Assembly: GCA_963981015.1 (NCBI GenBank)
Contig: CAXCCG010000004.1
Location: 1,720-65,719 of the forward strand
From: an uncultured Gammaproteobacteria bacterium
GTDB taxonomy: Bacteria; Pseudomonadota; Gammaproteobacteria; GCF-002020875
Reading direction: 5' to 3'
DNA length: 64,000 nt
The notes beneath the pieces were generated by a model. It made no database searches. It saw nothing but the letters and a program-made list of their open reading frames with translations, and was not told the DNA's origin. This document shows positions 30,856 through 39,676 of this stretch, piece by piece. Position numbers and translations under genes: made by a program. Numbering within the stretch: the first letter of the stretch is position 1; every line of letters starts with the position of its first letter.

Positions 30856-31786
30856 GTTGAACTGCAGAGTTGGGATAGACTTGGGAGGCACCAAGATTGA
30901 GGCTGTGGTATTGGACCGTTCAGGTGCTGAGTTGGCGCGCCGCCGTGTACCAACCCCTAAGAGGAGCTACGCAGACACTTTAAGCACAATCACTGAATTG
31001 GTTGCTGTGGTTGAGGCAGAGAGTGGTTGCACAGGATCAATCGGGATTGGTATCCCTGGTGCCCTTTCTCCACAGAGCGGTTTGGTGAAAAATGCCAACT
31101 CAACTGCACTGATTGGCCATCCACTGGATAAAGATCTGCAGCAGCTGCTACAGCGACCCGTGCGTATAGCCAATGATGCCAACTGTTTTGCGCTCTCTGA
31201 GGCGGTAGATGGTGCAGCAATGGGTGCTTCTACTGTGTTTGGGGCTATTTTAGGGACGGGTACCGGATCTGGAATTGTGATTAACGGGCAGGTGTTGAGA
31301 GGGCGCAATGCAATTGCTGGTGAGTGGGGGCATAATCCACTACCGTGGCCCAATGAGGATGAGCTGCCGGGTCCCGCCTGTTACTGCGGTAAAAGTGGCT
31401 GTAATGAGACATTTCTCTCTGGACCTGGTCTGCAGATGAGTTATTATCGAATGACAGGCACGGAGATATCGGCTGTTGAGATTGCAGCACGTGCACAACA
31501 AGGAGAGCAACATGCAAACAGAGTTCTGGAGCAGTATGAAGATCGGTTGGCACGAGGGCTTGCATCTGTGATTAATCTACTCGATCCTGATGTTATCGTT
31601 CTGGGCGGTGGTGTCTCCAATATTGACCGCCTCTATCCTCATGTGAAAAACCTCTGGGGAGAGTATGTCTTCTCTGATGTGGTGAGAACTGAACTGATCA
31701 AGGCAGAGTATGGAGACTCCAGTGGCGTTCGTGGAGCTGCATGGCTCTGGTCTGACCAAGAGATCTGGGGAGATCAGGAGTCTTGA
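30848..31786 (+). CDS. mak: ROK family sugar kinase (fructokinase Mak)
   Basis: GIDLGGTKIE, ANDANCFA, GEWGHNPL and CYCGKSGC. Confidence 0.85.
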   Translation: MVKLNCRVGIDLGGTKIEAVVLDRSGAELARRRVPTPKRSYADTLSTITELVAVVEAESGCTGSIGIGIPGALSPQSGLVKNANSTALIGHPLDKDLQQLLQRPVRIANDANCFALSEAVDGAAMGASTVFGAILGTGTGSGIVINGQVLRGRNAIAGEWGHNPLPWPNEDELPGPACYCGKSGCNETFLSGPGLQMSYYRMTGTEISAVEIAARAQQGEQHANRVLEQYEDRLARGLASVINLLDPDVIVLGGGVSNIDRLYPHVKNLWGEYVFSDVVRTELIKAEYGDSSGVRGAAWLWSDQEIWGDQES

Positions 31787-32121
31787 GTGATGAAGGCACA
31801 CTGAATAGCCTAGAGGCGCTGAATACCCTTCTCAATCAACATGAGGGGTTGCTACTCTACTTTTCAACACCACAATGCAATGTCTGCAAGGTGCTGCGTC
31901 CCAAGTTGATGGCGCTGTTTGAAGAGCACTATCCTGAGATTGCACACTACTATGTTGACACCACCGAAACTCCAGAAATTTCGGGCCAATATGGCGTCTT
32001 TGCCGTCCCAACCATTCTTCTCTTTTTAGATGGTCGGGAGTACATCCGCAAGTCGAGAAATTTCAGTCCTGCAGAATTGATTGAAGAGGTGCGACGCCCC
32101 TGGGCCTTAATGCATAGTTAG
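31783..32121 (+). CDS. Thioredoxin-like protein
   Basis: CNVC active site and VFAVPT. Confidence 0.8.
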   Translation: MSDEGTLNSLEALNTLLNQHEGLLLYFSTPQCNVCKVLRPKLMALFEEHYPEIAHYYVDTTETPEISGQYGVFAVPTILLFLDGREYIRKSRNFSPAELIEEVRRPWALMHS

Positions 32122-32348
32122 GAAGCTCTACAATAATAAGCTTCTAATAAGTTTCTAGAGAGTATTGCTATAGGGAGGTATAGACAACTCTACATGTTTC
32201 AAATGGTGTTCTATCAGTATGCCGGGGATGAGTTTCCTGTGCTAAATCGACAGTCTCATTGTACTGGGCTGGTTAAAATGGCGGTGCGTCTGGCACAGCG
32301 TCTTCAAAATAGCTTGGGTATGGACTCTCTTGTCCCGGAAGTAGTGAA

Positions 32349-35038
32349 GTGAATATACGCAATAGCGTGATCACCCTCTCGGTATTGATAGGATTGATAC
32401 TGCTCTTTGCAGGCGGGCATGTGCTTTCGTTACTGCAGCAGGTGGCTTCGATCAATCAGGAAAAGAGGGTGGTTGAGGCGGTCTACCACGCTTTTGAGAA
32501 GACACATCAAGGGGTGGAGGAGATCCTGCTATTGCAGAGTGATGCATCGATGGTGAGACAGTCTGAACTCAATGTTCAGACAATGGAGCAACTCCTCAAT
32601 CAAGCAATTCAAACCCGAACACACTCCTATCATCAAAACTTGGGTGAAATTCAATCTCACTGGAGAAGGTACAGTGGGCTGTTGAAAGAGCTATTATCAC
32701 TGGATCATGTGGTCCCGGATAACGATCAAGCACTCTTGGTTTTTATTGAATTGGTTGAACTGAAAGGGTTGGTTGAGAGTCAGTTTCACCAACTATTGAG
32801 CGCAGTTTCTGAGGATGAAGTGACACAGGTTGATACCATCCGGCAGCACCTGTTCTGGGGAATACTGCTCATAATAGTGATCGTAGTGCTGGTACTGCTC
32901 TATCTCTATTTCCGTATTGTTCCAGCGTTATCCAGACTCTCAACTACCTTGATGGAACTTTCCGGGAGTGGTGATTTGTCACAGGCACTGGAGCTGAAAG
33001 GCAATTCCAGAAAGGATGAGATCTACTTTCTCACCTACAGTTTTAACCATCTGATTGGTTCACTGCAGCAGAGTGAAAAGCTGTTGAAGAAGAGTAATTT
33101 CGCACAGGAGAAAAGTCTGCTGGAGATTCGCTCCATTCTTGAGGCGATTGATGAAGGGTTGGTTGTGTTGGATCAGGATGGAAACATTCTACAGGTTAAC
33201 CCCAAGTTGGCCCGGTTGACAGGAAAAGAGCCCCAGCAACTGCAGGGACAATCCTTCCATGTGCTGCTAAAGGGTGCGGATCAGATTGATCTCAGTGGGC
33301 TATTGACCACCTTTAAGAGCCGTATTCAGCGCATCCATGATGAGGATCATGAAAAATTTCACCAGACACTACAACAGGCCCCGGTTCCATTGATTGTGGT
33401 GGACCTGGATTCAATCAATGGAGAGTATACGGTTTTCCTTACAAGTCATGGCTTTGAGCAGCAATTTGGTTACTCTCAACAGGCACTACAGGGGCAGCCG
33501 CTGCGAAAGCTGATGCTTTCAGAGGAGTATGAGGCGATTCGGCAGAGGTTATTATTTGCAGGCACGGTGATGGGATCGCTGGATCAACATCGCTACTATT
33601 GGCGGCGTGCAAATGGTGGCGAATTGGTATCAGAGGTTAAATTTCTGAGGATAGAGTGTGGTGGTAACAGCCATGTGTTGATACAGCTTGAATCGACAGA
33701 GAACATTGATCAGGAACTGCTTAGAATCACACCCTATGGACGCTTGATGGTTGATCAGGGGCTTGCTACGGGCAGTGATATGGGTTGGGAGCTGATGCAT
33801 CAGGATGGAACGTTAATTCCTGTCCATATGTCGGGCTCTCCACTCTATCGGCAGCAGAATGAGGAGCGCCAATTGTCAGGTGCAGTCTTCGTAATCAGTG
33901 ATATGCGGGATATTCTCAGTGCAGAGCAGGCTCGCCGTTCCAATAAGGCAAAGGATGACTTTCTGGCCTCAATGAGCCATGAATTGAGAACCCCTTTAAG
34001 CTCAATAATTGGTAATAGTGAGATTTTGAGTGAGAGTCATATGTCTCCGGATCAACGCAAGATGTTGCATTCGATTGAGATCTCAGGCCGGGCACTGTTG
34101 TCCTTGATCAACGATATACTCGACTTCTCCAAGATTACTGCCGGTAATTTTAAAGTTGAGCAAAGTAGTTTTGCTATCCATAGTTTGATTGAGGAGATAC
34201 AACATATCTTCACCTCTCGGTTTGTCGATGCAGGGCTCCGTTTTGATCTGGATATTCGTGAACCCTTAGGGGAAATTGTGGTGGGTGATGGCCGGCGTAT
34301 TGGACAGATTTTAATCAATATTCTGAGCAAGGGAGGGTACAGCTCAATATCTGGGTGGAGAGAGAGGAGGGGACACTCCATTTTGCGGTGATTGATGAGG
34401 GAATCGGGATGTCTCCAAAGGTTTTGGAACGGCTCTTCTTACCTTTTGAGCAGGCGGAAAACACCATATCCCGCCGTTTTGGTGGGACAGGGTTGGGGCT
34501 TCACATCTCAAAAATATTGGCCGAATTGATGGGTGGCACCCTTGAGGTATCCAGTGTAGAGAGGCGCGGATCACGTTTTGAGCTTATTCTTCCCTATGTG
34601 GAAGGCGTTAAAGAGGCGCTGGCTTCTCAATCAAGGGAGGCGTTGCCGCTACAACTGAAAGGACATGTTCTGATTGCTGAAGATACACCGGAGCTGCAAC
34701 TGCTTGAACGTCGTATTCTCGAGTCGATTGGATTGACCGTAGAGATTGCAGTAAACGGACGGGAAGCGATCGAAAAATGGAGTGGTAACACCTTTGATCT
34801 GATTTTGATGGATATGCAGATGCCGGAGATGGATGGTATTGAAGCGACCTCTAAATTGCGTGAAATGGGGTGTAAGATTCCAATTGTTGCGCTGACCGCA
34901 AACGTAATGGAAAAGCATCGCAAGCAGTTCGGGGAGGCCGGTGGAAGTGGGTTTCTGGAAAAACCGATTGATCGTCAGGTGTTAATTGAGCGACTACAAC
35001 AGGAGCTTGGACAGGCATCTAAGATTATCCGGGGATGA
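32349..35038 (+). pseudogene. Membrane hybrid histidine kinase (HAMP-PAS-HisKA-HATPase-REC) split by a frameshift near 34330
   Basis: ORF 32349-34391 ends just after QILINILS. HATPase (DEGIG, GGTGLGL) and REC continue in another frame to 35038, and the N box NAIKFT is missing. Confidence 0.8.
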
Positions 35039-35160
35039 TAAAGAACTGAGCAGCAATGAGCGAGGTCGCGGTTTCGGGCAGCATCTATGACTTCAGTGAA
35101 GGACAGAGCTTGGGTACAACAGCAACGCTGATGCTACCCGAAACAGTCGATGAGAGGCCG

Positions 35161-36672
35161 TTACCGGGTGAGCAGAACCGTTGCTGCCGCACGTTCATCT
35201 CCGTAGAGTTGGCTGAGAATGGGCTCGATTGCTTCAGCACTGAGTGGGCCTTCAATCAACTGCTGTTGTCCCAGCTGTTCAATGATCAGGAAGGGGTTGG
35301 CGCTGCGTTCCAGAAGTCGCTCAAGCTGTTTCACCGATAAGGGCTGAGAGAGGTAGTGATGCTGTAATCTGTTTTTACCACTCAGTGCAGAGATCGCCTT
35401 ATAGCGATTCTCTCCAAACAGCTCCTGAATAAGATCAATCAGGTGATCTCCATCCATTTTCTGTAGCGACCCTATATCAGCCATCTGTTGAATCAGCTCA
35501 TCCTGGTAGGCACTACCCTCCAGTAGGGTTGACGCAGCCGTTGCGTCAATTGAGTTTTGCAGGTAACTCTGCTGCAGCTCATTATTGCCGAGTAGTGCGC
35601 TGAGTGCATCATAACGGTCGGCACGGGTGAGTGACCCCAGTAGTTGCAAAGCCTCATCCGGGTTGAGTGGTGACTGGAGTGCCTGATGATCGGTAAACAG
35701 CCCGATCATCTCATCTTGATAGGCCATTCCATCCAGTAGAGTACGAGCCTCGGAGAGCCCCAGCGGAAGTTGCAGATAACCTTGTTGTTGGCGATTCTCG
35801 CCGAGCAGGGATTTGACAACATTGAAGCGGTCGGTGTGTTGAATATCCTGCAGTAGTTGTTGGCTTTCAGTGGCGGTCAGTGGTGCTGCAAAGAGGCCAC
35901 GGTTGGTAAAGTGTCGAATAATCTCTTCGGGGAGGGCACTTCCCCGGACGAGCTGTAAAGCATCCGCATGGGAGAGCGGAAGCGCAAGATAATCTTGCTG
36001 TTGCTGGTTCATCCCCAATAGCGCCTTAACGGCATCGTGACGCCCCATCGGACCCTGTTGACCGATAATCTGTTCCGCCTCTTTGACGGTGAGAGCTGTC
36101 GTGAAGAGTGTTCGGTCTGCCATATAACGGATCATTCCTGACCGATCATGGCTCTGATTGAGTAGTTGGTTGGCCTCTTTTACCCCAAAAGCAGAGAGTC
36201 CGTAGTTTTGCGCAAGGCGATTACTGCCGAGTAATGCACGTAGCGGCTGATCATATCGGCGACTCCCGGCAGCCCCCATGAGTGTCTGTATTTGATCCGC
36301 ATTCATGTTGGGGCTTGGAACCCCATAGTCTGCAAGATATTGAATAATCTCCTCACGTTGTGGACCGACCCCGGATAACAGAGTGTTAATCTGCTCTGTA
36401 GAGAGAGGCTCAGAGATCAGCTTGTGATGAGAGCGATTATTTCCAAACATTGATTTAATCGCGTAGTAACGGTCACTGTTGGAGAGGCCTTGCAGCATGT
36501 TAAGCCCTTGATCAAATGAAAAGGTTTGGTTTTCCCAGATAGAATCAGCAAATTCAGAGATAGAGGCCCTGCGCTCATAACCTGTTTTGCCTTCCAGTAG
36601 ATCAACTTCTGCACCATTTACAGTGTGTGCTGTGGCGATCATCAACAGTAGCGGGGAGAGTAGTTTGTTCAT
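35161..36672 (-). CDS. Secreted helical-repeat hypothetical protein
   Basis: Signal peptide and about six imperfect ~70-aa repeats of the type RYDALSALLGNN..QSYL. Confidence 0.75.
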   Translation of the reverse strand: MNKLLSPLLLMIATAHTVNGAEVDLLEGKTGYERRASISEFADSIWENQTFSFDQGLNMLQGLSNSDRYYAIKSMFGNNRSHHKLISEPLSTEQINTLLSGVGPQREEIIQYLADYGVPSPNMNADQIQTLMGAAGSRRYDQPLRALLGSNRLAQNYGLSAFGVKEANQLLNQSHDRSGMIRYMADRTLFTTALTVKEAEQIIGQQGPMGRHDAVKALLGMNQQQQDYLALPLSHADALQLVRGSALPEEIIRHFTNRGLFAAPLTATESQQLLQDIQHTDRFNVVKSLLGENRQQQGYLQLPLGLSEARTLLDGMAYQDEMIGLFTDHQALQSPLNPDEALQLLGSLTRADRYDALSALLGNNELQQSYLQNSIDATAASTLLEGSAYQDELIQQMADIGSLQKMDGDHLIDLIQELFGENRYKAISALSGKNRLQHHYLSQPLSVKQLERLLERSANPFLIIEQLGQQQLIEGPLSAEAIEPILSQLYGDERAAATVLLTR

Positions 36673-36760
36673 CAGAGGCTCCTTCTCGAAGGGAAAAATT
36701 AAAATCAGCTGAATGGTAGCAATTTATTGCCTGCAGTGAGAAAGGTTTATGGCGATCATT

Positions 36761-36901
36761 TTAGTTTGGAGATACCCACACCATCTCTTCGCGAAGATTA
36801 ATAGTTCGTGTGTAGCGCGTGTGCTCCCCTTCTATGGCGCGACTCCTGTCAGAGTGTTCATCGGGCCTTACAGTCAGGTACAGATGGTTGGTCATCAGAC
36901 A
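36761..36901 (-). pseudogene. REP-associated tyrosine transposase (RAYT/Y1) remnant
   Basis: Reads CLMTNHLYLTVRPDEHSDRSRAIEGEHTRYTRTINLRE, compared with the RAYT pattern CLMTNHVHL..RAIGEAHRRYTRRINFRE; HUH is altered to HLY and the fragment is truncated at the MITE. Confidence 0.7.
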
Positions 36902-36906
36902 CCTAA

Positions 36907-37085
36907 GGAACCTCTGAACAAGTCTGGGTAATTTGAATTACGTCCATAGCGTCCAAGATCAAGGCGAAGATCGCAGCCAATAGCAGGCTATTAGCAAGAT
37001 TTTCAACCGAGGAACGAGGTCGAGCAACGAAGATATTGGGCGCTATGGGCGTTAGACATTTACACATGACTTATTCAGGGGTTCC
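36907..37085 (+). mobile_element. MITE copy 2 (179 bp)
   Basis: Same TIRs as copy 1, with a CTAA duplication. Confidence 0.85.
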
Positions 37086-37147
37086 CTAAGCCTCTACCCC
37101 TTCTACACGACTCCAATTCAATGGGAGCCAAAGTGGGCCGAATAGTT

Positions 37148-37187
37148 GAAATGTAACGAAATGTAACGAAATGTAACAAAATGTAAC
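37148..37187 (+). repeat. Four tandem 10-bp repeats (GAAATGTAAC x3, then AAAATGTAAC)
   Basis: Read directly from the sequence; lies ~30 bp upstream of the putative DGR promoter. Confidence 0.9.
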
Positions 37188-37219
37188 AGCAATTGGGCGG
37201 AATATCGGGAAACAACCGC

Positions 37220-37249
37220 TTGCAAAAGCCATCCTCCTGACACTAGAAT
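37220..37249 (+). promoter_or_regulatory. Putative sigma70 promoter of the DGR operon
   Basis: TTGCAA-18 bp-TAGAAT. Confidence 0.45.
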
Positions 37250-37332
37250 CCCCGCCAACGACAACCAGAGGAATAATGCACTATTTAAAATAACCCATTT
37301 AATCTTGCAGCCTCACGGATGAGGGAACCATT

Positions 37333-38994
37333 ATGACCAACCAACCAACCAACCAACCAACCAACCAACCAACCAACCAACCAACCAACCGAAATAATTC
37401 TCGTTTAGCAGAGCTAAACCAACGATTCAGGCAGTTCTCTCTTCCGCTCCTCCTTGCTGCAACCCTCACCGCTTGTGGCGGTAGTGATGAAGCCGTCGTT
37501 ATCCCCCCCGCCTCCAGCAGCGGTCAGGTACAGAAAGGGCCATACCAGATCGGCTCCACCGTCACCGCCTACCGACTCGATGGTTCCGGTAACCGCACCG
37601 GCGAGAGTGTCACCACCCAGACCACCGACAACCTCGGTAGCTACAGCCTCAACACCGACTGGAGCGGGGCCACCGAAATCGAGGCGAGTGGCAACTTCCT
37701 GGATGAGAGCAGCGGCAATGTCACCACCACCCCGCTCACCCTCAGTGCCGTGGTCGATCTGCAGATGGGGGATACCACCAACATCAACCTCTTCACCCAC
37801 CTCCACGGTACGCGAACCAAAAACCGCATGGCCCTGTTCGGAATCACCACCGCCAGCAGCCTCGCCGCAACCGACCTCAAAAACAGTTACGGGCTACAGC
37901 TGAGCAATAGCACCCAACCCCACCAGCTCGACCTCACCGATGGCAGTGATTCCACCTCCAAATCAGACAACGCCCTGTTGCTGCTCTACTCCGGCGCACT
38001 GGTCACCGGCAATCAGGATGGCTCAGGCACCCTGCAGCAGAGCGTACTCAACAACCTCGCCACCGACTTTGGAGATAACGGTGCCATCGACGGGGTAGGC
38101 AACAGCGCCCATCTCAGTACCCGCACGGCTGCCCGTACCACCAGCATCGACACCCTGCGTACCAACCTGCACAACAACAGTGCCGGTGCCATCACCGATG
38201 CCCCGGCAGAGGCGGACCTGACCGTGCGCCCCTACGCCCTCAAGGCAGGCTTCCTCAACGATACCGGCATCACCCTCTGCGGGGACTACGCCTACGGGGT
38301 CACCGGCAGTGGCAACCACCACAACAACGTCGACTGCACACTCGCCACCGATGTCGATGGTGACCCGGTACCTGATGGGCAGGATGCCGATTATGGACGG
38401 GACAAAACGGCCAACGACAACAGCGATGGTCACGCCGGATTCAGCTTCACCAAACTCGACAGCAACGGTGACCCACTAACGGACCAGAGTGTCGCCTACA
38501 ACGTCACCCCCTGGTCCTGCGTACGCGACAACGTCAGCGGACTGATCTGGGAGGTCAAAACCGACACCGCAGGGCGCCACAACAAGGATGACACATTCAA
38601 CTGGTACAACAGCGACACCACCACCAATGGCGGTAATGCCGGTAGCGCCGATGACGATGGCAATATCTGCTTCGGCTACGATGTCACCGAGGCAGCCAGC
38701 TACTGCAACAGCCAGGCCTACACCGCACGGGTCAACAGCGCCACACTCTGTGGGGCCAGTGACTGGCGCATGCCCACCAGAGAGGAGTTACGCTCCATTG
38801 TCGCCTATGACCGCACTATTCCGGCCATCGACACCGACTACTTCCCCAACACGGTAGCCAACTGGTTCTGGTCGGCCTCGCCGAATGCCGGTATTAGTGA
38901 CAGCGCCTGGATCGTCAACTTCTACTATGGCAACGTCAACAGTGCCAATAAGTCCAATGGATTTCGGTTGCGGTTGGTGCGCGCCGGACAGTGA
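37333..38994 (+). CDS. DGR target 1: lipoprotein with a C-terminal DUF1566/Lcl (C-type-lectin-like) domain
   Basis: GAGGGA RBS, lipobox LTAC, VRDNVSGLIWEVK and DWRMPTREEL; the C-terminus is encoded by VR1. Confidence 0.92.
   Translation: MTNQPTNQPTNQPTNQPTNRNNSRLAELNQRFRQFSLPLLLAATLTACGGSDEAVVIPPASSSGQVQKGPYQIGSTVTAYRLDGSGNRTGESVTTQTTDNLGSYSLNTDWSGATEIEASGNFLDESSGNVTTTPLTLSAVVDLQMGDTTNINLFTHLHGTRTKNRMALFGITTASSLAATDLKNSYGLQLSNSTQPHQLDLTDGSDSTSKSDNALLLLYSGALVTGNQDGSGTLQQSVLNNLATDFGDNGAIDGVGNSAHLSTRTAARTTSIDTLRTNLHNNSAGAITDAPAEADLTVRPYALKAGFLNDTGITLCGDYAYGVTGSGNHHNNVDCTLATDVDGDPVPDGQDADYGRDKTANDNSDGHAGFSFTKLDSNGDPLTDQSVAYNVTPWSCVRDNVSGLIWEVKTDTAGRHNKDDTFNWYNSDTTTNGGNAGSADDDGNICFGYDVTEAASYCNSQAYTARVNSATLCGASDWRMPTREELRSIVAYDRTIPAIDTDYFPNTVANWFWSASPNAGISDSAWIVNFYYGNVNSANKSNGFRLRLVRAGQ
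37336..37390 (+). repeat. Tetranucleotide SSR (CCAA)13, 55-nt tract, in frame (ON state)
   Basis: Perfect repeat starting immediately after the ATG and encoding TNQP repeats. Confidence 0.95.
38865..38994 (+). repeat. DGR variable repeat VR1
   Basis: 130 nt colinear with TR; 12 mismatches at TR adenines plus one G->C in the last sense codon. Confidence 0.96.
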
Positions 38995-39016
38995 TTGGAT
39001 TTTTGAGTAGACGATC

Positions 39017-39409
39017 ATGAGACACCTGCAACGCTACCCCATCTGGCGCGATGCCAACCGCCTGCTGGTTGAGATCGAGCGTGCCGTGCGCGGCTTTCCC
39101 CGTTACCACAAATACACCCTGGGCAGTGAGCTGCGCCGACAGGCGATGACCATCTGTCGGCTGATATCCCGTGCGATCAGTGACAAGCAGCGACAGTATC
39201 ACCACCTGGAACGGCTGAAGCTTGCGGTCGATGACCTCAAGACCCAGATTCAGCTTGCCAAAGAGCTGCAGGTCTTTTCCAGTTTTACCCAATTTCAGAC
39301 GCTATCGGAACTTGCCGTAGCCGTCGGCAGACAGAGCGGGGGGTGGGCCAAACGGTTGATCAGCAACAACCCGAAGTCCCCTTCTGTAACCGAAGGGGGC
39401 GTGTGTTGA
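39017..39409 (+). CDS. avd: DGR accessory variability determinant (Avd, four-helix bundle)
   Basis: FPRYHKYTLGSELR and VGRQSGGW; basic 130-aa protein between VR1 and TR. Confidence 0.88.
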   Translation: MRHLQRYPIWRDANRLLVEIERAVRGFPRYHKYTLGSELRRQAMTICRLISRAISDKQRQYHHLERLKLAVDDLKTQIQLAKELQVFSSFTQFQTLSELAVAVGRQSGGWAKRLISNNPKSPSVTEGGVC

Positions 39410-39546
39410 ACTCACTGTGCGCCCGTACCCCCCTTGTACGACGAGGGGATGGTGATACAGACCTTGCTACCAGCAGGATGGAAGGTCGGTGGGGAAGAGG
39501 GAATTCATCCCCTCTTTCTGTGAAGTGTATGGGTTATTCCTGTCCT

Positions 39547-39676
39547 GTTCTGGTCGGCCTCGCCGAATGCCAATAATAGTGACAACGCCTGGATCGTCAA
39601 CTTCAACAATGGCAACGACAACAATGACAATAAGTCCAATGAAAATCGGTTGCGGTTGGTGCGCGCCGGAGAGTGA
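39547..39676 (+). ncRNA. DGR template repeat (TR)
   Basis: AAT/AAC-rich template copy of both VRs, with 35 adenines in the variable part, between avd and RT. Confidence 0.96.

Noticed and set aside
36749-36931. 60-aa plus-strand ORF (and 43582-43788)
   Set aside because: Better explained as the antisense or off-frame reading of RAYT remnants and MITE ends.
37148-37390. CRISPR array
   Set aside because: The repeats are 10-bp and 4-bp tandems without spacers, and the window has no cas genes.
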